This document shows, piece by piece, positions 1 through 9,948 of a stretch of 64,000 bases of DNA. This DNA comes from a virus (Duplodnaviria > Caudoviricetes): positions 1 through 64,000 of IMG/VR virus record IMGVR_UViG_3300013382_000001, one strand, 5' to 3'. The notes beneath the pieces are model-generated. The model ran no database searches. It was not told the DNA's origin and saw nothing but the letters and a program-made list of their open reading frames with translations. A program made the position numbers and the translations under genes. Every line of letters starts with the position of its first letter. Position 1 is the stretch's first letter.

Positions 1-594
1 GCCTCGTTAACGTATGCCGCTTTGATTTTTAACACATTCCGTAATGGTTGAAAATTCAACTTTTGTAAGAATCTGACAGCCAAATTTAGGGCGAACTATA
101 CAGTTACCATACACTTTTAAACATAAAATCATACATAATGCATATTATATATGATATTAATTTACATATACTACCAAACGGGGGGTGGTTTCCAAAAATG
201 GAAAATGCTAACTTTTAATATTGAGGTGTAGCACCCCCAACCCACACACCTTAAAGCCAATTCACCCTAACCCCATCCTCGCACCCATTCAAATTTCAAC
301 CTTTTCCCCACCACCACTTATTTCTTTTCCCACTTTTCCCCATTTTTCACCCAAATTTTCACATTTTCCCACCACTATTTCACAAAATCTTGCGCTACTA
401 TATATTATATATATCTATTTTATATGATCATTTATTTTAATAATCACTACCACTTTACATAGTTATCAAAACTACATAAAATTCACCCTGCACAAAAAAT
501 ATAAAGCTCACTTTACAAATTATAAATTCTGCTCCCTATCAAAATTCTTGTGTGTTAGCCAAATCAATACAACTTCCCCTTTTTCATATGCAGA

Positions 595-955
595 ATAATT
601 AAATTAAATTAGTAATTTGAGCGTAGCGAAAATAACGAAGCCCGATAGGGCGAAGTGGTACTAATTTAATTTAATTATAAAAATAGGTAGTTCGCCGTTA
701 GGCAACTACCGTGTAAGATTGGCGCAAGCCAAACTTACGAATGCAGATGGCGCAAGCCACCAAAGATATATATTCTATTTATATTAATATAATAATATAA
801 ACGATAAGCCAAAATCAATTAGTTAAAATAATCAAACTGTCATAAAGGGAATTAACATTAAGAAAAATTAAGAAAACTAAAGTTTAGAAACCAAGTGGCT
901 AAAAAGCAAGCATAGCGCAAAGACTGCGTAGCAGGATTTAAGTGGAGCGTAGCTC
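595..955. repeat. Cluster of inverted repeats and GNA/GNRA mini-hairpins (candidate origin or ssDNA signal)
   Basis: Perfect 20-bp IR 595-614/659-678 enclosing GC-GTA-GC and GCCC-GATA-GGGC; hairpins 686-710, 713-738 (GCAA loop), 748-759, 925-933, 945-955. Confidence 0.75.
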
Positions 956-1228
956 ATAACAACCCTTTTCAAGTAAAGGACAAGCATAAGCGAAGGGCGC
1001 TTGAAAAGCATTATGTAACTTTGGAAAAATACTCGATAGAGGCGCAAGATATAATTTTTTGTACATTGTTGTCACAAATATAATTATATATAAGATATGT
1101 AGGACAAAGATGTACAAAAAATTTTTAAAAAATGCCTATACTTATTGATATTTCAATGGCTACAGGCGTTTATATAAAAATGAGCATATGTACAAAAAAT
1201 ATTTTAGAAGATGTATTTTAATTTATTG

Positions 1229-1257
1229 TTGATATTTCAATAATATTCGAGTATAAT
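1229..1257 (+). promoter_or_regulatory. sigmaA-type promoter
   Basis: TTGATA-17 nt-TATAAT upstream of the RBS (AAAGGAG) of ORF 1281. Confidence 0.75.
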
Positions 1258-1280
1258 GTTATAGTGAAAGGAGATTTAAA

Positions 1281-1577
1281 ATGAAATTATGTCAATGTAG
1301 AAGCTGTGGAAAAGAATTTGATATGCCATTGCCAACAATGATAAGTTGGCTTGAGTCAGATAGTTTATCGGTTCCTGTTACGGTAGAGGTTTGTCCTTAT
1401 TGCTTCAGTACAGATTTTGATATTATGATTCCAGATGAAACCCTATTAATGTTTCTTGCAAGCGGACTTAGTGAAGAAGAATTAAAATATGAAATTTGGT
1501 ATCAATTAGAACAAGCAAGACTAATTAAAGTAACTCCAAATGGAATTATAAATTTATGCAAAAAGGATATGCAATGA
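1281..1577 (+). CDS. Small Zn-ribbon protein
   Basis: CxxC...CPYC, good RBS. Confidence 0.7.
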   Translation: MKLCQCRSCGKEFDMPLPTMISWLESDSLSVPVTVEVCPYCFSTDFDIMIPDETLLMFLASGLSEEELKYEIWYQLEQARLIKVTPNGIINLCKKDMQ

Positions 1578-2626
1578 ATGAAAACAAGAATATAGAACAT
1601 TTATATAATTTGAATATTGAAGGGTTAGTAAACTTAATTAAGCAAGAAAAAGAAATTTCATATTCTAAATTTTGTCCTCTGATTGGATTAGAACCTATGA
1701 AGGGAAATAGTAAAAAAAGTCAGCTTAAAGCCCTTGAGCAAATTTGTGAATATGAGAAGGTTGGAACTAAATTTAAGTTTATTAGACTTAGAGATGAAGG
1801 CGAATTATCTTTGGGAAGCTCGAACACAAAATATTCAGGGCTTATTGAGGATATACTTGCAACCTACTTAATCAATCAAGACCAAGACATTGTATTTTTT
1901 ACAACTCTGGAGCTTATAGACTTTTTGGGGCTTGCTAATAAAAATTATTTATTCATTAAAAATGAACATGATAAGTGGTATAAGCGAAATGCAATAAGGG
2001 AATCTTGTAAAGACGATTTTAGCATGAAAGAATTAAATACCTTTTTAAATAATGCTTATCATGTTATTTTGAAGCCAATTATCCGTAATGCAATTAAATC
2101 TATGGATAATAAGCGGTCAGTAAGAATCCAAAATGCATACAAGGGCTTCATAATTGACGATAAAGAGAATCGAAAGTATTATAATATTTTATCCTCACAA
2201 GAAGACGGGATGAAATTTACATCTATTACCGCCAAGATACTTAAGGATTGTGGTTATGATAATATTCAACAAGTTCATTTGAGGGGCAAAGATACAATAA
2301 ACGAATTTTATAAAATGTGCAATATTCTTTGCAAGGAGACTACAAATTATGATGGATATTATGATTGTTATGCTATAATCTTAAATCGTGAGGGGCTTGG
2401 CTATTATCGAAATCAAAATATAGACAGTCTAAAGTATGAGTTAAATAAGAGAATCGTAAAAAGATTTTTAATTCAGAAGGATATGCGTAAAACTATTGCT
2501 GCGGAAAGTCAAGAAAATTTAATTGAGGCTTTTATTAGGACAGATTCCAAATATAATTTTCAACAAGATTATGAAGATTATAAAACTTATATTTGGAATA
2601 ATTGGAATCACAGGAGGAAAAAATGA
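1574..2626 (+). CDS. Phage hypothetical protein, possibly DNA-binding/replication initiator
   Basis: ~350 aa basic ORF next to the hairpin/palindrome region; ATG 1574 overlaps previous stop; function is inference. Confidence 0.55.
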   Translation: MNENKNIEHLYNLNIEGLVNLIKQEKEISYSKFCPLIGLEPMKGNSKKSQLKALEQICEYEKVGTKFKFIRLRDEGELSLGSSNTKYSGLIEDILATYLINQDQDIVFFTTLELIDFLGLANKNYLFIKNEHDKWYKRNAIRESCKDDFSMKELNTFLNNAYHVILKPIIRNAIKSMDNKRSVRIQNAYKGFIIDDKENRKYYNILSSQEDGMKFTSITAKILKDCGYDNIQQVHLRGKDTINEFYKMCNILCKETTNYDGYYDCYAIILNREGLGYYRNQNIDSLKYELNKRIVKRFLIQKDMRKTIAAESQENLIEAFIRTDSKYNFQQDYEDYKTYIWNNWNHRRKK

Positions 2627-3054
2627 TAAAATATCTTTATTTGACAATACCACGAGTGATAATAATCATCTTAGAGATTATAGCTTGTATTTATATAGTA
2701 ACACAGTCTCCAATCAGTAATACTATTTCAAGGATTTTCTTTCTGATTTCATTATCATTTATTATTATTATGTTAATAAATTTAACTATACATTGGCTAT
2801 CAATGCCATCATTCAATATGAATATGCAACATGTTGTATATGGCAATGAAGTTTTAAACTTAAAAGATATTTTTGATGTTAAAGTATATGATAACAAAGA
2901 CAGAGAGCTTGGCTTTTGTCGAGGAATATATTTTACAAAAGATTATAGTAGTATTATGGTAAAAAGTGCAGAAGATGATATGCAATTATATGATGTAAAA
3001 AATGTTTATTTTCAAGATGAACAAGATGAAGAGGGGGAAATGGATGAAAGATAG
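2623..3054 (+). CDS. Membrane protein (2 TM) with small soluble C-terminal domain
   Basis: RBS AGGAGG, two hydrophobic stretches. Confidence 0.65.
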   Translation: MIKYLYLTIPRVIIIILEIIACIYIVTQSPISNTISRIFFLISLSFIIIMLINLTIHWLSMPSFNMNMQHVVYGNEVLNLKDIFDVKVYDNKDRELGFCRGIYFTKDYSSIMVKSAEDDMQLYDVKNVYFQDEQDEEGEMDER

Positions 3055-3220
3055 AATTTTAATGATAACTATGCTAAAAGATGTTATGACAATGTTAGAG
3101 AGTGAATTACAAGAATATGAAAATAATTATTTAAGAGCAACTTTAAATTATGTGGGATGTGCTATCAATCAACTTGAAATTTGTAAAAGAGTAGAAGATA
3201 GTATAAGAGATGTAAAATAA
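3044..3220 (+). CDS. Small hypothetical protein
   Basis: RBS GAGGGGG, coupled to upstream gene. Confidence 0.55.
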   Translation: MKDRILMITMLKDVMTMLESELQEYENNYLRATLNYVGCAINQLEICKRVEDSIRDVK

Positions 3221-3245
3221 AATATCATACAAAAGGAGAAAACTT

Positions 3246-4295
3246 ATGCTTGGTAAGACAAATGTAAAAATTATTAAAGCGAAACCTACTTTAGGTTCAA
3301 AATGGCAAAAATCAGTTACAACGCCAACAATGTATAAATGCATCGACATTATGAATAATAGAATGACAGCTGTTGGATGGGGGGGGGCATATTATTCAGA
3401 TGATGGTGGCATAACCTTTCTACAAGCAAGTAGTACAGGGTTTGATGATGTAGAATATAATGATGGATTATTATTAAGTGTTTCTAGCTATTTGCCTGCA
3501 GGCGGTGGAATTTGGCAGTCAACGAATGGAGAATCTTTTAATTTAGTAGAGGATTCTACAATATGGGGCTATAATGATTTTATTCGAGGAGCAGGCAATC
3601 AATGGCTTATAGGATTATTTAGGGGAGGCGCTGACAGCACTTACGAAGCAACTACAAGTGAAATGAAGGATATTCCCCCAGATTTAAGTTCAACAGAACA
3701 ATCTATAGACCATTTTATCAAAGCTTTAAACACAGACCCAACAATTTGGGCTTATGATGCTGGTGATTATCTTGTTTTTTCTTCGCCGACAATATTTCAT
3801 GATACATACTTTCGCGTTAAGGCAAGAGGATCTATTACGGACGAAATATTGTCTTATGATGTTGTAAAATTTAATCATCTTTATATAGTTGGTACTTCAG
3901 AAGGGATACATTATACAGCTGATGAACTGAATTTTTCAACTTATGCCGACTTATCTTTTACACAATCTAATATCTCGAGTGGCACTATTTACAATATCCA
4001 TGCATCCGATAAAACTTGTATTGCAGTTGGAACGGATATATGGCGGTCAACCGATGGTAAAACTTGGACTGCTTTGGGTATTTCGGGTTCAACATTTAAA
4101 AAGATTTGTTCTGATGACAATGGTATTTGGGTTGCAGGTGGAAATAAGGGTGCATTGTACTATTCAAATGATGACGGTGTCACATTTACAAAAGTTGAAG
4201 ATTTGACAACGGCTAACATCTACTGGATTCATTATAATAAAAAATTTAAAACTTTTGTAATTTGTACAGCAGATGGTATTTATTATAGTAAATAA
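3246..4295 (+). CDS. Asp-box/BNR beta-propeller protein, candidate receptor-binding module with in-frame G9 tract
   Basis: Asp-box motifs YSDDGGITF, WQSTNGESF, WRSTDGKTW, YSNDDGVTF; N-terminus MLGKTN; G9 at 3379-3387. Confidence 0.7.
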   Translation: MLGKTNVKIIKAKPTLGSKWQKSVTTPTMYKCIDIMNNRMTAVGWGGAYYSDDGGITFLQASSTGFDDVEYNDGLLLSVSSYLPAGGGIWQSTNGESFNLVEDSTIWGYNDFIRGAGNQWLIGLFRGGADSTYEATTSEMKDIPPDLSSTEQSIDHFIKALNTDPTIWAYDAGDYLVFSSPTIFHDTYFRVKARGSITDEILSYDVVKFNHLYIVGTSEGIHYTADELNFSTYADLSFTQSNISSGTIYNIHASDKTCIAVGTDIWRSTDGKTWTALGISGSTFKKICSDDNGIWVAGGNKGALYYSNDDGVTFTKVEDLTTANIYWIHYNKKFKTFVICTADGIYYSK

Positions 4296-4305
4296 GGAGG
4301 ATTTT

Positions 4306-4686
4306 ATGAAGGGATTTAGTAATATTATAGAGAAAGTTAGTAGTAGTGGAGGGGGTGGCAATTCTTCCAGAAGAGATTATTGAGATAAAGAAATTTGAAG
4401 CGACGACAAATTCTACAGGTCAATTAAATATACAATTCGATAATGGAAAAGACACATCGGAAGACAATATATATACGATTGCTTTTATTGAATTAGATGG
4501 AACAGAAAATAATTTAATAGGTAATAGAGTTTTTATAGGAGCGTCGTGGGAAAGTTTGAATGTACTTCAAGTATATTTACTAAATGTTTTAATTGCGGTG
4601 CCCAATTAACCGCAAATGGCAAAATAAATATATACATTGAAGATTTGAATATTAATACAACTTATAATTATATAGGATTTTATTAA
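4306..4686 (+). pseudogene. Frameshifted small tail-tip-like gene (MKGFSN...SSSGG)
   Basis: RBS AAGGAGG + ATG 4306; stops at 4381 unless a G is lost in GGAGGGGG (4348-4355), which joins ORF 4346-4609; a second shift between 4528 and 4606 leads to ...TTYNYIGFY* at 4686. Confidence 0.6.
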
Positions 4687-4711
4687 AAACAAAATAACAA
4701 AAGGAGTTTTT

Positions 4712-5341
4712 ATGGCAGGATATTTAAGAAAATATGTTGGAACTTATGAAGTTCGAGCAGATTATGATGAAGACACAAAAGATTTTCCACGGTTACTCGA
4801 TGGAACAATTGACCCAAGTTTCGATGATTATTATATTAATTGTTCAAACGGAATAAAAATTCGTCATGCAACAGGGTCAATCCTCAGTTGTTATATTCCA
4901 AGTTTGCAAAGAGGTAATAATATTATTAAGCAATTAAATGATATTGGAAGTATTGTTATTGAGTCCGATATTCTCGATAGTGAAGTGTATTTTACTTTTC
5001 TCGCAAACGATATTGATGTAGTGGCAAAGTTGTGTAAGGTAAAGACAAAAGGAAAAAATATTCAGCCACTTTCACCTAAGACTTTACCAAAGAAGAAAAA
5101 TATTATTCCAGACAATGAAATGCAACGATATAAAAAAGTTTGTTCTAAGTTGGCTGAAAAACCACTTGATAGAGCGCAAATTATTATGAGAACTAATAAA
5201 GAATATGAAAAAAGACTTAATGATAATTATAAGCAAGAAATGAAGCGATTAATATTAGATTTTCGGAGCTATATTTGGCATATTGGTAAGTGGGATGAAT
5301 ATTTAGAGTTTTTGAGCGATTATAATAATAGTCAAGAATAG
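4712..5341 (+). CDS. Phage hypothetical protein
   Basis: 209 aa ORF, RBS AAGGAG. Confidence 0.75.
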   Translation: MAGYLRKYVGTYEVRADYDEDTKDFPRLLDGTIDPSFDDYYINCSNGIKIRHATGSILSCYIPSLQRGNNIIKQLNDIGSIVIESDILDSEVYFTFLANDIDVVAKLCKVKTKGKNIQPLSPKTLPKKKNIIPDNEMQRYKKVCSKLAEKPLDRAQIIMRTNKEYEKRLNDNYKQEMKRLILDFRSYIWHIGKWDEYLEFLSDYNNSQE

Positions 5342-5345
5342 AGAT

Positions 5346-5379
5346 AAACTGGGGTAAATCGCTCCAGTTTCGTTTTTTT
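5346..5379 (+). terminator. Intrinsic terminator
   Basis: AAACTGGGG...CTCCAGTTT hairpin followed by T-run. Confidence 0.65.
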
Positions 5380-5500
5380 ATATAGATTTTGATAAATATA
5401 TCGACCAAAGAAATAAAATCGCTTAAAATTTCTTACAATGTGGTTTAAGTAATGTTTATAATTGTAAACATAAACACCATTTTTGTTTATAATTATAGAC

Positions 5501-6481
5501 TTATTTATCATAAGCAAAATTATATAATTCTCTAAGTTGTGCATTATCGTCATAAATATTATCGTTCATTTCTATATCAATTCCAAATTCATCTTTAAGG
5601 ATTTGTTGAAGCTTGTCTAAGTCGACTTCAAAGAATTCTTTGTGAGTATTTTCTTTATTGACTCTACAATAGGCAAATCTTTTATGTAATTGAGCTTCTA
5701 ACGCAAAACAATCTTCCGAATAGATAAATGCATGGACTTTAAACTTAAAAGCGTGGCTTGCGTCTGATAATTCATCAATTCTAACTAATGGATTGACTCT
5801 GCGAGTTGTTCCAATTTTATAATATCCATATAACATATCTTCGTTGCTAATAATATAAATCCACCCTGCTTTTCTATCTCTGAGTAAGTGTCGAGTTTTT
5901 TCAATTTCTTGTTGTAACTCATTAGTTTGTTCGGTATCGCCGTTAAAAACACTTACAGATAATTGTTCTTCTAATTCTCGAAGCCTATCAAACCATTCTT
6001 TGTCGGCTTTTCGCTGCTCGGCGATTTTGCGAGCTTGCTCTTGTTTCTTCCATTTTTCTTCGGCTTGAAATAGAATGTAGTCATTTTCAAGTTCGGCTTG
6101 TTCGATTTTCAGACAGAATAATCTTTGAGTCTTAATGGTAATTTCTTGTTCATTACACACAGAAATTAGTTTGTTAGCGTAGTTTTTAATTTTTAAACGC
6201 ACACTTTCTAAGTTGTATCCATTTAACTTTTTTATTAGTTCTGAACATTCAAAATTAAAGTGTTGAATTAATATACTTGGAATATTCCCCTTTACATCAA
6301 ATAGATTTTTAGCATGAGAATAATATCTTTGCTCCTTCAAATTTTCTCGGATGGCTTTTCTAAATTCAGATTTAGTATTTAAGATATGTTTAGGTGTGTA
6401 TATTCCAACCTCTTCAAGTTTGTATTGCTCTAATTGTTTTTCGAGTTTTTTTATTTTTTCTCTTAATTCAAATTCATTCAT
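5501..6481 (-). CDS. DUF4041-like coiled-coil + T5orf172/MUG113 GIY-YIG nuclease
   Basis: AGWIYIISN...YKIGTTRR...RIDEL...HAFIYSED...LEAQLH...KEFF. Confidence 0.85.
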   Translation of the reverse strand: MNEFELREKIKKLEKQLEQYKLEEVGIYTPKHILNTKSEFRKAIRENLKEQRYYSHAKNLFDVKGNIPSILIQHFNFECSELIKKLNGYNLESVRLKIKNYANKLISVCNEQEITIKTQRLFCLKIEQAELENDYILFQAEEKWKKQEQARKIAEQRKADKEWFDRLRELEEQLSVSVFNGDTEQTNELQQEIEKTRHLLRDRKAGWIYIISNEDMLYGYYKIGTTRRVNPLVRIDELSDASHAFKFKVHAFIYSEDCFALEAQLHKRFAYCRVNKENTHKEFFEVDLDKLQQILKDEFGIDIEMNDNIYDDNAQLRELYNFAYDK

Positions 6482-6501
6482 AACATTTCCCTCCTTGTGA
6501 A

Positions 6502-6530
6502 ATTATAATAGAATTTTATTATTCTGTCAA
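6502..6530 (-). promoter_or_regulatory. Consensus sigmaA promoter for 5501-6481
   Basis: TTGACA-17 nt-TATAAT on minus strand. Confidence 0.85.
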
Positions 6531-6549
6531 GTGTAAATTTATGTAACTA

Positions 6550-6578
6550 TTGAAAATTTTTACTTTATAGGGTATAAT
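6550..6578 (+). promoter_or_regulatory. sigmaA promoter for the RNA polymerase operon
   Basis: TTGAAA-17 nt-TATAAT; shares TATAATGTTATAG with the 1229 promoter. Confidence 0.8.
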
Positions 6579-6600
6579 GTTATAGGAAGGAGGTATATAT

Positions 6601-6771
6601 GTGTATTTAGAAAATAAAGAATATTATTGGATTGAAATGAGTTATCATGTCTATAAAGCTCTATTACAAAAAGAACGATTAAAATACGAATATGAAGATG
6701 AGCAATATGAAATTTTAAATAGATGGATAGAACAAGAAGTATGCGAAAAATTTAGCTATAGGGAGGAGTGA
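6601..6771 (+). CDS. Small protein (56 aa) upstream of RNAP, not in ORF track
   Basis: RBS AAGGAGG + GTG 6601, open to TGA 6769-6771. Confidence 0.6.
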   Translation: MYLENKEYYWIEMSYHVYKALLQKERLKYEYEDEQYEILNRWIEQEVCEKFSYREE

Positions 6772-6775
6772 TTAA

Positions 6776-8728
6776 ATGGGGCAAGAATACGGAGTGCGTA
6801 TTAAAAATTTCTCTGCTGGACAATTGTATGAATATGGTTTAGGTGTTAGAGATTATTTACCCTACACAAATGCAATGCTTACTAATAGTTTATTTTTGGA
6901 CTTTTTATTACAGAATGGTTTAAAAGTATCAAAGAATGGTTATACAAGAGATGTAATTTGTATTAACTTTGATATGGGGGCAAAGGGATATGAAAAAACG
7001 CGAAAAAATATAGAAAATAAAATTAAAAAAGTAGATAATGAAACAAAAGAACGATTACAATATTTGTTGGACAATGTAAATGATCGCGCAGATTTATATG
7101 TAAAAAAGTCAAAAGAAGATATTAGGATAGAATATTACGAAAATGGAGTAGATATTAAATATATTACAAAAGACAAAAGTGGGCATGTAAAAAAAGAGGA
7201 AATTGTTCATTATAAAATGCTTTATCGTTCGGCGGGAAAAGCAAAACAAGGGTCAGTAATGTTTATTTGTAAACGACTCTATAAAATTGCCCATGACTTT
7301 ATATATATGGGAATTGAGTTACCTAAGCAAAATTCTCCGATTATAGAGGCAAGTGCTTATGTGTCGCTTGTAGCAAGTACGATTGTAGGACGAATAAAAA
7401 TTGAACCCGAAAATATTTTAATTCTTAAAGATGTGGATAGTTTTTTTCGACGAGAAGTTATAAGTATAAATATTGACGAGAACAAACATTGTCGGGCTAC
7501 AAGAATACAGGATTACGAACTAAAAAACACTTTATTCGATGGTCAAGCATTGATTGATGATTCAATTTTTCCCGAGTGGGGAGAAGGATATATTCTTTTG
7601 AGACATCACATGACCAAATGTGCAGCATTTCATACAAATATACAACAATTCTTTAGGGATTGGTTCGGTGACGAGTATGAAAGTGCTGTAGTTGTAGATA
7701 TGTGGGGTAATAAACATTATGCAAAAGATGTTAAGATGATAACCACAGACAACGCTATAAAGTGGGTGAAGTTCGGAGTATCATATGAATATTGGTGCCA
7801 GAAAGTTCACGAGAATGGTTGCCAATTTGGTATTGTTAAAACAGCACACAAAAGTAAATATGGCGATGTTCAGCGTATGAGTTATCAGATGATTAACACT
7901 CTTAATATAAATATTATGGATGGAGTACTTGAGAAAAGTAAGGTTTATGTTGAAAGTCTAAAAGGTGATAATAAAGTTTTTATAAATTATCTTCGAGATA
8001 ATGCAAATTTTTCTAATGATTATGAAGTATTAGTGGCGTTGTGTGAACAAGACGATGAATTTACTCGGAGCGAATATTTTAGGAGTAGAAAGAAAAAAAT
8101 AATTGATGGATATGTAAAAAATTTAAAATTTGGCAAGGTGTTACAAGAAGGAGATAATTTAGTAATGGTTGGTTCGCCTTATGCTATGTTGCTACATAGC
8201 GTGGGTGAAGATGTTGAAAAAGATGAAACATTTGAAGGTGAACAAGGTTGTATTCAATGCTATACGAAAAGGTTTGGTGTAGGGGAGTATTTGGCAGGAT
8301 TTAGAAGTCCACATAATAGTAAGTCGAATATATTGTCATTGCATAATGTGGGAAGTGATATTTTAGATAAATATTTGCATATTGGAGAACAATGCATTGC
8401 GATGAACTGTAAACATACAGATGTCCAAGATCGTTTAAATGGCTGCGACTGGGATTCTGACCAAGTGTTTGTAACGAATCAAGATGATATAGCTGATTAT
8501 GCTAAATGGTGTTATATTAATCATCCAACTATTGTAAATAATATTCCAAAAGAAAAGAATCATTACGATTTGTCTACGTATAATCATGCTGTGATTGATA
8601 ACAACCTTGCTAAAGCACAAATGGCAATTGGAGAATCAAGTAATCTTGCACAACTTGCATTGACATATGGATATAGTTTCATGGATAAAAATTACGATGA
8701 TTATGTTTGTATTTTAAGTGTAGTGGCT
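6776..8728 (+). CDS. yonO: YonO-like single-subunit RNA polymerase, exon 1
   Basis: DGQALID, FRSPHN, catalytic DRLNGCDWDSD; spliced with 9949-10542 gives 848 aa reading ...LSVVA|QAAIDNAKR. Confidence 0.88.
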
Positions 8729-9948
8729 TAATAAATGGGTCGGCTAAGTGGAAACACTTAGTAAAAAGTATTCAGTGAATAGTGGAAAGCTACGTATGGT
8801 ATTATTAAAAAAAATGAAAGGAGGTGAAGCAATGATGGATTATAAAATCTATTTATTAACATTTCCGAATGGAAAAAAATATGTTGGTATGACAAAGCAA
8901 AGATTAGAATCCAGATGGAAGAATGGACATGGATACGATTTTAACAAAGAGATGGACGATGATATTAAAAAGTTCGGTTGGGATAATATTAAAAAAGATG
9001 TTCTTGAAACAGGATTAACCGAACAAGAAGCCTTTGAAGCAGAAATGTATTATATCAAAGAAATGAAAACTAGAGAATTTGGATATAATAAAGGAGAAGG
9101 AGGTAAAATTAGTTGTCCTAATCGGATTATTGTAGAATATAATGGGCAAGAATGCACATCGTTAGATTTGGAAAAAATGGCACAAGATGGAATTACATAT
9201 CATGATATAACAACGCGATTAAGTAGAGGGTGGGATATTGATAGAGCTATTACGCAGAAGAAACATGAAAAAGTTTATGAATATGAGTACAATGGTAAAA
9301 TGTATACAATAGATGAGTTGTATGCAATGTGTAAGGTAGATATTGATAGAACGGCATTTATTAATAGACTAAGAACAGGTTGGACTATCGAAAGAGCGTT
9401 AACTTGGGAACAAGGTCGTAAATTGCAACCTTATATTAACACTTATAAATATAAGGGGAATGTTTATAATATTGGTGAACTTATACAAATAAGCAATGTT
9501 GAAGGTTTAACAGATGCGATTCTTAGAGACAGAATCAATAATAGACATTGGAGTATTGAAAAAGCAATAACGCAACCATTAAAAAAGCAAAATCAACTTT
9601 TTGAATATAAAGGGGAGTTATATAATTCTAAGCAATTAGCAAGTCTTAGTCCATATGAAATGACACATCATCATGTTATGGATAGAATTAGGGCAGGTTG
9701 GTCAATAGAAAAGACAATTAATACTCCAATTAATAAAAAATAATACCATATACGCTAACCATATGCCAAGCCTATTGAAGTTCTTTGGTAGATAGGAAGG
9801 CTCAGAGACTAGGGGGTGAGCAGAACGAGCAATAATCCTCCCACGAGTGCTGAACACCTAAACACAAAAGTGCATGGTGAAGATATAGTCCGATACTTTA
9901 AGGAAACTTAAAGAAGCTCTGGATAAAGAGCCAGAGATATAACAAATG
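8729..9948 (+). mobile_element. Group I intron (1220 nt) in RNA polymerase gene
   Basis: P1 with U8728-G8738 wobble, P/Q-like segments, R GCTCAGAGACTA ~9800, S GAAGATATAGTCC ~9879, terminal G 9948; in-frame exon joining. Confidence 0.92.
8832..9743 (+). CDS. Intron-encoded GIY-YIG homing endonuclease with four C-terminal repeats
   Basis: KIYLLTFPNGKKYVGMT...R...E...GYN; four YxG...RL/IxxGWxIExAIT repeats; RBS AAAGGAGG. Confidence 0.88.
   Translation: MMDYKIYLLTFPNGKKYVGMTKQRLESRWKNGHGYDFNKEMDDDIKKFGWDNIKKDVLETGLTEQEAFEAEMYYIKEMKTREFGYNKGEGGKISCPNRIIVEYNGQECTSLDLEKMAQDGITYHDITTRLSRGWDIDRAITQKKHEKVYEYEYNGKMYTIDELYAMCKVDIDRTAFINRLRTGWTIERALTWEQGRKLQPYINTYKYKGNVYNIGELIQISNVEGLTDAILRDRINNRHWSIEKAITQPLKKQNQLFEYKGELYNSKQLASLSPYEMTHHHVMDRIRAGWSIEKTINTPINKK

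Noticed and set aside
221-427. Pro/Phe-rich 68-aa ORF
   Set aside because: By-product of the C/T-rich low-complexity tract; TTG start without RBS.
1005-1020. dif/Xer site (TTATGTAACT, also at ~6539)
   Set aside because: Only a partial XerD-like arm; no matching XerC arm at correct spacing.
595-1260. CRISPR array
   Set aside because: Repeats are short hairpins and palindromes without constant repeat-spacer periodicity; no cas genes.
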